Shown here one piece after another: positions 34,801-48,300 of a DNA stretch of 64,000 nucleotides. Made by a program: the position numbers and the translations under genes. The DNA comes from Lingula anatina (lineage: Eukaryota; Animalia; Brachiopoda), in NCBI GenBank assembly GCA_051362555.1, contig CM120649.1:9300001-9364000 (forward strand). The letters are read 5' to 3'. The notes below the pieces were generated by a model, which was not told where the DNA came from, ran no database searches, and saw only the letters and a program-made list of their open reading frames with translations. The stretch's first letter is position 1, and every line of letters starts with the position of its first letter.

Positions 34801-37800
34801 ATGATACACCAAGTTAAGCTATCATACCCATACTGACCTAACATGTTGATAGTGCCTATGGTGTTGGTCTTGATGGTCTTTATGGGATTGTACATGTAGT
34901 TTGGCGGAGAAGCTGGTGATGCAAGGTGGTATATTTGGTCCACTGAAATTAGAAAAACTGTTAAGGCCACTAATAGTAAAAGGACCAAAGTCATAGAAAC
35001 AAAGCCCTGGGCTTATAACTTTTTATAAAAAATTAAAACAAACTTCCCAAAAGGCCAATTAAAGACGGGGATTAAGTACAGTGTCCAACGGATGACGCTA
35101 TAGCGCCAATTTTGGGGGGAAAATGCCGTTTTCAGAATTGGGATTTTCTCTATAACCAAGACAGCTATTCAAGTGATTCAAAAGGCCTCATAAAGCTGGG
35201 TGAAAGCACTTCAGCGGGGTACCAGGGAATTGTCTTATACTATTTACTTTTGATTTTATCATCTTTTATGTTAAATTACCCCATATTTCAATGGGTTATT
35301 CACTTCAAAAGACGATAACTTTCAAACAAACAATTTCCTCTTAAACCCCTGATATCATGCTGTAGTCCACATTCCCAACAACAATTGGTGCAACTTTTGT
35401 AAAGATCGGTTGCTCAGATAGTGAGATATACTTGGCAGCGATTCACTTACCTCGTCAATATAGAAAGCTGTTAAAACAGCCAAAAACGTTCACAGGTTGG
35501 TTAACAGAGCTTATTAGTCAAATGCTTAGCTGGCAAATTTACCTGTTATCGGTAATACGATCAGGTGGAACCATTGCTCATTGTCATCTAAAAATATTTT
35601 GTTTGGGTGCTTTGAAAGGGCAGAAAATCGTGCTTTTGTTACATTTTCCGACCACTCGTTAGGCTTGTAAGCGTGCCGCCATTTTGATTGACAGCTCTGG
35701 AGAGGGCCCTAGCCTAGTGATGCCCAGTAGGGTGGCAAGGATATGTAGAAGGAAGCGCTAACAAAGGCGATTACATTTAACCGCAATTAAGAGGTGTGAA
35801 GTTGCATTTGAACGTTTCAATGGCTTTTCCTCGGCAAACGAGTAATTTTACCTGAGAGATTCCTTTTCTGTTATCGGCAAAGTGATCAGATAAAACTGTC
35901 TGTCGAGAGCAAGTGGTCGTCACTTGTGTTAATAAGAGTTTTTTGACGGGTAACGCTGCAGGATTATTTTGCACGGCACTTGGAAATCGTCAGATCAACG
36001 GAAAAATCCAGTGATTACTTCAGAGCAGTCTCTCTCAAAATGCCAGCTAACATAAAGGGGAGACGCTCAGCTGCACAAGATTCAGCGATAAAAGTGGCTG
36101 AGAGAAGGCTTTTGAATAAATATTTTATTTTTACACACATGACACTTAGACCCTATTTGCTTTTTACCTGCTAGTCTTGACTATTTTCGGGGTCTTTTTG
36201 TGATTTTCATTTTTGGATACATTTTGAACTCTTTCTTCCCGCTTGATCAGTGATTTTGAAATTGTTTTTCTCCAAATATCGCAAAATGCAAAGCCAATAA
36301 CATGCGTTTTTATTTTTATTGTTTTAATCATGCTGTCAACCCTTGCTTGGATTTCTCTCGTTTGGCCATTCACATCACAATTTTTTGCGTGTCTCTCAAG
36401 CTCCATGATATCATATCTTGGAGAATAAAATTTTATTTTGTCAACATTAGATTTACCTTTTGCAAACGGCGACCAGCAATCATTTCCGGTTTCGTAACAT
36501 GTCGCAGATACGCTCGCCGATATGTATCGCAAAAATTAAGAGCTAGGCTAAAAGTATCCTTTTTAGCGTTTTTTTAAATTTATTTATCGATTTTTCTTTC
36601 ATTTGTCAATTAATTTAGGCGATTTGATTAACTCTTTCACCCATTTATTAGGTATACAGAAATCAGTTATCTGACTGAACAAATAGGGCCGGTTTTCCCC
36701 AACCGCCACGCATAGGCCCTACTCTCTTTCAAAATTTTCTTTCTTTCCTCTGGAAATGGACTTTTAACACGAACTTTTCTCTTAGTAGCGTACTAGCTAA
36801 ACTTCTTCGCTGCTAAGCTGATGTAAGACTTATGACCTATTACCGCACACGTAATCGGCTTATAACTCATTAACTGTGCTCCGACCCCCTCATGGCAACG
36901 GCCCTTAGTAACAGAGGCGTGGCTTAGTTGTCAGCCTGACTGGGGCGCGTGCCGGTTGAAAAACTCATCAAAAGACACATTTTGCAATGCAAATTCATAA
37001 AAATTATTACATTCAACGTTAGATACTTTTTTGATTAATATAAACAAACAAAAAACTCAAAAACATGATTTTAAGCGTATTTAACCCTATCACCGGCCTT
37101 AATAGAACATATCTTTCTGGACTCCTGAGACAAGGCATTTTCTGCTGTTGAGATCACTGGTCTTGGATATGCATATTACTGTAGAGCATGATAAACAAGA
37201 GGTTGAAATTTACTGCATCTCTTTATAATCCCTGACATGATCAATATTGCAGAAAACAACTGCAAATTTATTGTTTTATTCTTTTAAGATACCAGAGAGT
37301 GAAGTTTTCCTTTAGATTCAACATCACAGGCTGATGTATGTACAACTCAGACACGTACATTTGATGATGCATGATAGAGAGCAGGCCTATTTCACATAGT
37401 GATCCTGATGTTTTAACTTACAATTTGGATATACCATATAGTATTAAGAATGATGCAGCTTTGTCCTATCATCTACCTTCAATGAACAGTGGCTTCACAA
37501 TATCATGATGAATCAGTTCAAAGTTGGGGTGTCCAATCCAGTGTTCCACATTTCTCTTTCTCCCAGTGAAGAAATTGTCCACTACAGAGACTTCATGCCC
37601 CTGCATCATCAACTTATCTGCCAGGTGAGAACCTACAAACCCAGCTCCACCAGTGATCTGAAATGACATAGATCTGATCTTTAACCTTGAAATACAGGGC
37701 AAGGAAACAATATGTGTGGGTTGTGCGGCTTGTGCCTACAGAGTATGAAGACTATCTGTAACTATACATAACATCAAGAACCAAGTAAGGGCCAATACCA

Positions 37801-38909
37801 CCATGGGCTCAGTAGAGACAATGCAAGCATTTTATAGCCCAGCACTAAAAAATTCAAATAGTTCATCATCTTCTAAAAGTATAATTTTATAAAATATGTC
37901 ATTTTGTCAATTTTGATGCAATAATAAATAATGCTGTCAATAAACACTGAGTTTTAATCATGAACAACAGATTACATTGTCAATAATAGGAGCGAACAGG
38001 AGAGATATTTTCTGACAGTATTCCAAATTATCTTTGTTGATCCATCCTCCGTTTTTGATGGTCTACCAACAGAAACAAGGCAGCAAAGCTGTCAAATGTA
38101 CAGACAAAAAACAGAAAATAAAAATATAAAAAAAGGTCATTTTGTCAATTTTGATGCAATAATAAATAATGCTTATAATAGCACTGTCAGTCAACACTGA
38201 ATTTTAATCATGCACAACAGGTAACATGGTCAATAACAGGAGCGGACCCTGAGATAGTTTCTGACAGTATTCCAAAGTATCTTTGTTGATCCATCCTCCA
38301 TTTTGATGGTCTTCCAACAGAAAAAAATAGATACCAGTCAATATAAACTTAATAACCTGTCTTCCAGAAGACCCATGGTCTCAATCCACCCCTTCAATAA
38401 GATTACAGTTTCAGGACCATGAGAGACCAAAGTCACATGATGAAAGTCTCAATATTTGAAAAATGATGACAGTGCATAAAATAATATTATATAATGTTTA
38501 AAGACATAAAAAACAATACAATTGCTTATGTGGAAATACAGAAAATGTGCAGAGCCTCGAGCAGATGAGAGTTAAAAGTCACAAATGCAAGTGTTTGAGA
38601 AAAAATTGTAAAGGAAAACATAACAAAACTAGAAAACCACCGAGAGTGCAGACCTCTGCCAAGGCAGCAATTGTTGATTATTATTGATTGTTGATTATTG
38701 ATTGATTATTGAGCTAGACCACCACTAAAAACTAATCATTGTCCTCTTTGGCCCAATTCTGACAGTTCCTGAAAATTTCAGCAAAATCGGTCCATAACTT
38801 TTTGAGTTAAGTTGATGACAGACAAACAGGGGTGAAAATATAACCTCCTTGGCAGAGCCTGAGGTAAACATAATTTCAAAGAAGCTGCTATTTAAATTTT
38901 TAATCTTTG

Positions 38910-38998
<89 letters not shown>

Positions 38999-41900
38999 AC
39001 CTGCATAATTATCACTGCTTCCTTATTATTAATCTAGCAGAGAGCTTAACTTTAGGGAGTTTACAAGGAAATATGAACAAGTGTGCTTTATGTAATCTCC
39101 TTTAATGGCCTATCAATTAGGCAAATGACTTTATAACTCAGAAATTAGCTAAGTGATACCCAAGGGATATTAACAGACTGACCCATTCAAAGGTCTTTCA
39201 GGCCCATAAGTCACATCTTAAGAAAAGCACAAAACAATAATGCACAAAATAGGAGACTAGGAATAGGAATTTATTATTTATTATTGCATCAAAATTTATA
39301 CCAGTCAATGTAAACTTTAAAATCTGACCGTCATCTGAAAGACCCAGAAGACGGCCTCAATCCACCCCTGCAATGAGATTATAGTTTCTGGACCATGAGA
39401 GTTCAAATTCACATAATGAAAATACCAATATTTGAAAAATGTTGACAGTGCATAAAATAATATTACATAATGTTTAAAGACAAAAACCTATGCAACTGCT
39501 TATGTGGAAATACAGAAAATCTGAAGAGCTTCAGGTGGATGGGAGTTGAAAATGCCAGTGTTTAGAAAAAAATTAAAAAGAAAACACACAAAAAAAAAAA
39601 GAAAAAAAAAATTCCAATAAAGCTGCTATTCAAACTTTTAATCTTGCTGTATTAACATGATATGAATAATCCCAATGTGTTTGAGGATAATAAGGCACTG
39701 TTATTCATCTATAGCATTAATGTTGGCATTACACAATTTTTTTTTCTTTTGTAAACTTATTTGCAATATTAAACAACATTTACCTGCATAATTATCACCA
39801 ATTCCTAATTATGTGACACAGATAAGAGAGCTTAACCTATAGGACTTGAATGGGAAATCTCAACGTGTGTTTTATGTAATCTTATTTAATGGGCACTTGA
39901 AAATCAATTAGGCAAGTAATTTTATAGCTCTGAATTTAGCTAGTGATTATCCCAAGGGACAATTACCACCATCCATAAACAGTAGCCCCATATAGCAATC
40001 CATAGAGCTGCATTGCCTCCAAAACAGAAAACAATCACACTGATTTCCAACACAAGCTACACTTCAGTCCTATGAAACTTTTCAGTAAGTTAGAATATCA
40101 TAAGTAAAATGGTTTTTCCTTAATGGTCATCCCAGCAGCGATGTCCAAAAAAGGTTTTTTTTCACCTTTTACTCAATTTAACATAATGCTTAACAGCACA
40201 ATGGCCAGCAATTTTTAATAATAAAGTAAATGTATCATAGCTATTCAAAAGATGTGACTAGCAATGGTATTCAAGCCAATGGAAGTTCAAAGACTAAGTC
40301 ACACCTTGAAAATGTCCATATGTGAAAATTTTAATTGTAACAAAAAACTATATAATTTCCAAGAAAGTTAACCGATATAACAGGTTTTCCAACTGAAGCT
40401 ATAATTTAGTGCTATGCTACATTTCTGTAAGTTTGAGAAGAGTAAGTGACTTGGTTTTCCTTTAATGGTCACTGTGGAGGCATTGTCTAAAATGGGGTTG
40501 TCTTCAATTTTGATGCAATATTACATAATGCTTAACAGCATAATGACCATCAATTTTTAATAATAAAATAAAAGTATCATGGATATTCAGAAAATTTGAT
40601 ATGGAAAGGTCTTCAGGGCCATGGAAGTTCAGAGTCACAACTTCAAAATGCCAAAATGTACACAAGAGATAACTGTACTGAAATGAATTTCTTTCCACTT
40701 TCAACACTTTTTTTACATATATCAAAATAATCAATTTACTGTCGTTTTTAAATGATCAACTAAGAAAGTTGTTGACATAGGAAAAATATCAATAGAACAA
40801 TTTTAAATGTCCACTTTGTTCCATTCTGAGATTCTGAACATGGTGAATGATTGAATCTGACAAACTGTAAAGATATGAGTTTATTTCCATTTTTGACACT
40901 TTATTACACAATGCACAATAACAGGTTTACCATCATTTTTATATAATCAACTAACAATATTGTTAAGATGCAGAAAATGTCAAAAGAACACCTTTACATT
41001 ACTAATTAGTTCACAAATGAGATTGTTAACATGCCTAAGAATTAAATCCGAGGAAAAAAGACTTATATACAAAAAAGGCACAATTTCACCAAAACTGAAC
41101 CGATCAAGCTTATTTTCGAACCTCATCTGTATTTTAGTAAATCTGATCACCCCTGTGAATTTCAAGACGATTGGCCAATTGATTTTCCTTGAAATGTGTT
41201 ATCGGTGTTGCACATATGCTGAAATAGTGAAAAAACAGCATAACTTCCATAAAAATAGCCTGATCAGACTGATTTTTGAACTTGACCTGCGTATTAAGAA
41301 TATTCATCAGTTCTGTAAGTTTCAAGCCAAAAGGTAAAAAGGTTTTTCACTTATAGTGTTAACGTTGTTGCATTTATGCTGAAAAAAATGAAAAAATAGC
41401 ATAACTTCCACAAATATGGCCCGATCATGCTGATTTTCGAACTTGACCTGCGTATTATAAATATTCATCGGTTCTGTAAGTTTCAAGCCAAAAGGTAAAA
41501 CGGTATTTCACTTATCGTGTTATCGGTGTTGCATTTATGCTGAAAAAAATGAAAAAATAGCATAACTTCCACAAATATGGCCCGTTCATGCTGATTTTCG
41601 AACTTGACCTGCGTATTATGAATATTCAACAGTTTTGTAAGTTTCAAGCCAAAAAGTAAAATGCTTTTCCATTTATCGTGTTATCGGTGCTGCAAATATG
41701 CTGAAAAAAGTGAAAAAACAGCATAACTTCCCTACAAGTGACCCGATCATGCTGATTTTCGAACTTGACCTGCGTATTATAAATATTTATCAATTCTGTA
41801 AGTTTCAAGCTGAAATGAAGAACAGTTTTCCACTTATCATGTTATCGGTAAAAGTGCACGGCGACGGCGACGACGGCGATGACAGACGCAGGTGATGCAC

Positions 41901-42290
41901 TACATGGCTTTCTTTGGCATTTTTTATAAAGCAATAAGTATTAATAAGTAAGTAGCAAGTAATAATAAATGAATATAATAATACTAGATATGCATTTAGG
42001 ATTTTGTAACTACCACAATATAATTGCGTGTGTGGCCATTGAAGAATTTAATGTATGTTCAACATAAATATTGAATTAATATTATTATAAATTCAATATT
42101 AATAACATTATAAATATATACTGACGGTTATACTTACAAGTATTCTCTTGCGATCTTTGTAAGTCAAAAACCCAACTTCTGGATATGTTTTTCTCCTGAA
42201 ACAATAACAGCTAGGTGAAAGAGACTTCCACAATATTCATGTTCATTTGGGGCTTTGGCAGCATTGATATTTTGTTTAAACCAAATTACA

Positions 42291-42344
<54 letters not shown>

Positions 42345-45300
42345 CATCAGCAAAGCTGTCAAATGAACAGACAAAAAGCAGAAAAAAAGAGACACAAAAT
42401 GGGTTATTTTGTCAATTCTGATGTATAATAAACTAGAGGATCAGACAGGCGATACTGCCTCTGGATATGGTACCACCAGCAGGAAGGTATGGATGGAAGT
42501 GTGTTAGTATGGACAAGGGTTGGGTAAATGTGGCCAGAGTATTTTATAAGGAAAAGTAAGCTAAAGGTTAAATTCAAGTGTAGTGTAGATGAAGATGCTC
42601 AGTATGTGATTGTTTTTAGAATATATATATTTTTTTTACAAAATTGGAGATATAAGGGCCGGATTATTCTGCAAAGTGAAAGTAGTCAAAGGTCAAACTT
42701 AAGGTCAAATTAAGATTGCCAATGTAGTACTTCCTATTCAAAGTTCAATAGTAACTATGGATGTTTCTCTGCCAGTTTTGGCGATATGAGGGTTGAAAAA
42801 TTTGCAAAGTTCAGTTCGTGGTAAAAAGTAGGTCAAAGGTCAAATTCAAGTTCACAGTATGAAGCCACATGCATTACCTCCTATCTAAGTTCAATAGTGA
42901 CTTTGGGCATAACTTTGCAAGTTTTGGATATAAGAGTAAAAAAAATTGCAAAATTCAGTTCATGGCGAAAAGTAAGTCTTAGGTCAAATCCAAGGTCACA
43001 GCAAGATTGCCTATATATGACTTTTTATTCAAGATCAGTAATAACTATGGATGTATCTCTGCCAGTTTTAGAGTGTTTCACATTTTATTTTCACCAATGA
43101 ATATCACGATATTATGCTATTTGATATAGTGCAATTCCTCAACTGTCTAGGAAAAAAAAAAAAAAAAAAAAACGACACCACCTTCAGTGGGACTCTTAGC
43201 AAGCTCAGCAAAATGCAGCTTACAAAAGGTCTATAGCTTCAAGGGTTCCAGAATTAGAGAGAGTTTGAATTTTGGCATTTATTGCACTGATTGACCTCTA
43301 ACTCACAAAGGATTAAAGGAGACCCTAAGAGTAACTAAGACCTTAGCTTTCCCTATATTGTAAAAACTTAGGTCCATGTAATAGCTGAAAATTGGCACAA
43401 ATTTTTTTTCACAGAAAATACCCGTCTTTACCAAATTTTGTCTTATTTGATCTTGAAATGCAGGACAAACACATGGGCATATTTTGAATCTCCACATATG
43501 ACCTTGAATCAGACTTCTATAGGAACTTTTTTCACCACTCCTTTGGTTTGGGAGCCATGCTAACAATGGTGCCGATGGAACAAGTGGAAAGGATGGATCG
43601 AGACTAAACCTATGTTGATAGTTTTTAATTATTCTATTATGACAGTTTTTAATTCTCCCTTAAAAGTTGCCTTTTTATGTGTTTATGATTAATGTTTTAA
43701 TAAAGTTAATCTGTAAGTTGCTGTAATTCTTAAGATTTTTTACATTGTAATTGTAATGTGTATTGAAATGTGAAATAGCAGACAGATTGTGTCCTCTCAA
43801 CACCAGTGTATATTTTTAATCAAAATTTGTACTGATACACAAATTTGCAAAACCAAATATCTGTACAATTTTCTACACTGTCAGCTTATAGGTCCCATAG
43901 TTACATGGTGCCACATATACTAAATTCTCCTACTGCATTTGCAGGGGAAAAGATTTAAAAATTCAGGATAAGTTTTTTCTGATTTACCTCTTTGACCCCA
44001 TGCAAAATGATCTAATCTATCACTCTGTGAAATAATTTTTTTGTAAGGTTGCTATAGAATACTTAGTAGTTGACTTATCTATACTACTGCATAAGTAATT
44101 TCATTACTATTACCAAAAGTACCAAGCATAATATTCAAATAAGTCACAAATTAAAAAAAAAAGTTATTTCCAGTAACTTTAAATAAAATAATCAGGCTAC
44201 AGTTTTGAAAGAACTCTATTATGTAAGAACCCTTTTACAATATTAGCTGTAAAGCAAAATAGTGGGAAACAGGATTGCAAAACATACCTGACTGGGCTAA
44301 TTACTTTTGTGAAAAAGGACCCCTCCATATAATTACCCACCAAAGTGAATTTTCTTGGGATATAAGAACAATTTTGTTCTACCTACGAATTTCTATGTTT
44401 TATTCCATTTTAAAATTAAGACTACTTTGACAGAATAAATTATGTCATGTATAATGCAGGCATTGTAAACTGACAATGGTTACCCAAGTGGACTGAGAAG
44501 ACTATAAATATGCAACATATGCTTTAAAAGAACAACAACATTATTTAAAGGGCTTTTTTGTCTGAAGAGTATGAATTGGGAAATATAAGAAGCTTTTCAA
44601 GACATGAATAGGACTGTAGGAGATTTTCAAATGTGTGCAGGGAATCTCTAGAAATTAATTTTGGCAGTCAATCCCATGGATTGGCCCTTTAACCAATGAT
44701 CCTGATAATACATTTTCTCTGTCTCTATCACACATGCACACTCCCCGTATGATCACACCTAATACTAACCCTGCCTCCAAGTCTTTAACTTTGGCCTTCA
44801 GCTGTTTGATTTCATCATATAAAGCAAAATCAGTCTTCTCTATTTTTGTCATCCTGTAAGGAAGGCAATAGATATTGTTACAAGTCATTAGCACTTAAAA
44901 GAAAAAAAAAAAAAAAAAAAAAAGACAATAATTGTCAAAGATTACCAAATAATCTACTATTCAGACTTGACAATGTTAAATAATAAATACATATAGAAAG
45001 ATTAATAGTCAATCCATTGTGTTACATCTTTATTATTCAAGCTCAAGTAATGAAAATTACACAAATAATAAATATGTAAAATTAGATAAAAAGATAAAAA
45101 CAAAAACAAATATATATAAATATATATAAAAAGAAAATGGTATTTCTTCTTCCTTTGGGGAATCTATTGTGGACACATTTGAGCAACATGTCTTAATGCA
45201 AAGTGAGTGATTTTTGTTTTGTCATCGGAGCAATATATATCTGGATTTAAAAGGGGATGATTTCTTACTTGTCATTGTTGAGCATGAATCCATTTTATTT

Positions 45301-48300
45301 CATTCATCTCCAAAGGTCACTTACACACTTTTCTACGAACTCAACATGCTATATCTTCTGGTTTATCACATACTGTTTAGATTCATACACATGATACAGA
45401 AATAATGGCTGTTAAGAATCTCCTCAGTTGGTGCAGTATATAAGATAAAAGGCCAAGAACTGACCCTGGGGGAAATCCATAAATTAAAAGCAGAGGCAAA
45501 GTTATTGATGCTACAGAGTCAACAGAATTAGTCACAGATATACATGATATTCAGATCAAACCCATGTACAGCCTTGACCTGTAGAAATCCAAGATCATAT
45601 CAACTTAAATTGACCTTAATAAAATTTCTAATATCGCCAAAATCATTTGATTAACTGGAAGGTCAGAGAGGCAAAACCGCATCCAGGTATTGTACCACCA
45701 ACTGAAGCAAGCGCATTGGCAGGGGAAAAAAAAGGCAGCAAAGCTGTCAAATGTACAGAAAAAAAGTAGAAAAAAATAATTCACAAAATAGAATACTGTT
45801 AATTCTGATGCAATAATACATAACTGCAAAGTCAACTTCAAATTTTAATTATGCACACCAGGTAATACCGATGAAAGTAAAAGCATAAGGTTTCAGGCCC
45901 ATGAGAGTTAAAGTACACACTTAGAAAATGTCAGATTGAGAAAAATGAAAATTTCACCAAAAAAAAAAAAAAAAAAAAATGCATTAATCCAATAAAAACG
46001 ATAAACAAATAGAGCTGGTTTTCTTATTTGATCTTTATGTCAAGAAAAGTAAGTGACATGATTTTTCTTTAATGGTCACTATGAAGGCACTGCCCAAATT
46101 GGGGTTTCTTCAAATTTGATGCAATATAACATAAAGCATAACAGCATAATGACCATCAATTATAAATAATAAAGTAAAAATATCATGAGTATTCAGAAAA
46201 TGTGACTAGCAAAGGTTTTCATAGCCCATGGAAATTAAAGTTACACCTTGAAAATGTCGACGTGAAAAACTTAAATTTCACGAAAAAATGTATAACTTAC
46301 AGAAAAATTAATCAATGACAGATTTTCCAACTGAAGCTGTATTTAAGTCCCATGTTTCTTTTCTGTAAGTGTGAGAAGAGTAAGTGGAATGGTTTTGCTT
46401 TAATGGTCACTATGGCAGCAGTGCCCAAAACTGGGTTTACTTCAATAACAATGCACAAAATAGGCTACTGTCAATTCTGATGCAAAGTACATTATGCTTA
46501 ACTGCAAATTCAACATCAAATGTTATAATGCTCAACAGGTAATACCGATGTAAGTAAAATGTGCAACAAGCATAAGGCTTCAGGCCCATGGGAGTTCAAG
46601 TTCACACTTTGAAAATGCCAGAATGAGAAAAATGAAAATTTCACACAAAATTGCATAAATTCAATAATAAATGATAACCCAATTGAGCTGGCTTTCTAAT
46701 TTGAACTGCATGCCAATCCTAAAAATCATACTTGTAAGTTAAAAATAATAATAAGTAACAGTTTCCTTTTCATGTTTGTAGTAGCAGTGCAAAAATTTTT
46801 TTCGATTTTTAAATAATTATCACCAATTTTTGATTATTGATTATAAATAGCATGGGCATGTAGAAAATTTGATTACCATTCGGCTTCAAGTCCATGGGAG
46901 CTCTGAGTCCCACTATGAATATGCCAATACGATAATAATGAATATTTCACTAAAATGTATAACTTCCAGAAAAAGAAGCCAATAAGACTGTTTTTCCAAC
47001 TCAGGCTGCATTTTAGTCCTGTGTTTCTTTTTTGAAAGTTTGACAATCATAACTAACACGGTTTTCCCATAATTGTCATCATGGCAGCAGTACCCAAAAT
47101 TGTGTTTTCTTCTATTTTGATGCAATATTACATAATGCTTAACAGCATAATGGCCATCAATTTTTAATAATAAAATATATGCATCATGGATTTTCAGAAA
47201 ATATGCCTAGCATGTGTCTTCAAGCCCATGGAGGTTCTTAGTCACACCTTGAAAATGCTTATAAGTGAAAAATTAAATTTTCAAAAAAAAACTTTTTAAT
47301 TGCCAGAAAAATTTACCAAACAGACTGCATTGCCTACTGAAGCTGTATTTTAGTCCCATGTTTCTATCCTGTAAGTTTGAGAACAGAAGTGATATGTTTT
47401 CCTTGAAATGTGTTTAGTGTTGCATATATGCTGAAAAGTGAAAAAAAAAAAAAAAACAGCATAACTTCTAAAATAATGGCCCGATAATGCTGATTTTTGA
47501 ACTTGACCTGCGTTTTATGAATATTCATCAGCTCTGTAAATATTAAGCCAAAAAGTAAAACTGTCTTCCACTTATTGTGTTTATGCTGAAAGTGCACGGC
47601 GATGACAGACGCAGGTGATGGCAATATGTACAGACACACCTGTAAACTGTGGAAAAAAAATGGACACCACACCCAGTGTTGGGCTTGACAAGCTCTATCA
47701 AATGCAAAAAACAAGAGGTCTCTAGCATTAATGTTTCCAGAATTAAAGAGTTTTTTGTTTTGGCATTTAATGGCCTCTTCGATCGTCCATGAAAATGCAC
47801 CTATTGACCCAAAACTCAGCCGATCAAAAATGACCCTAAGGGTAATACCTGTCCATAATATTATAGGTTAGGTCTGTGTAGTTTCTGAAAACCAGCATAA
47901 ATAATTTTTTTTTTTACAAAAAATTACCAATTTTTAGAAAATTTTGGCCCGTTTCACCTTAAAATGAAGGACAAAGGTCAAATCCAAGGGCATATTTGAA
48001 ATCTCCACATTTGATTTTCTGTCAACCATCTGTAGAAATTTTTCCCATGATTCCTTGTTTGGGAGATATATAGCATTTAATTTCGCCAATTTTGGACAAG
48101 GGTGCATTGCGATGAGCGCCACATCTAGACCCAAGCACTGATTAAGTCCAAAATTTATATGGAACAAGTTGAGATTATAAGTGTCCAAAATCCAAGAGAA
48201 GGGTACACAGGGTCTTGTAGTTTAGGAGATGCGGTAACGGTGACATGTTGGCGGGGCCGACGGAGCTGGCAAACAAGATGGGTCGGGACTAAAACCATGT

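Larger units (their letters stand above)
37895..41897 (-). mobile_element. HINE family A composite copy with 161-bp tandem array (~41210-41850)
   Basis: Collinear with 5703-9125; same ggcagcaaagctgtc end (38074) and gacagacgcaggtgatg end. Confidence 0.75.

Noticed and set aside
35777-36577. Cluster of overlapping ORFs in a CpG-rich intronic segment
   Set aside because: No recognisable domain; overlapping ORFs on both strands are expected by chance inside a putative transposon.
40960-41895. ORFs of 60-125 aa in HINE arrays (also 26260-27630, 47364-48356, 49490-52138)
   Set aside because: They lie in multicopy non-coding elements, their frames are not conserved between copies, and no domain is recognisable.
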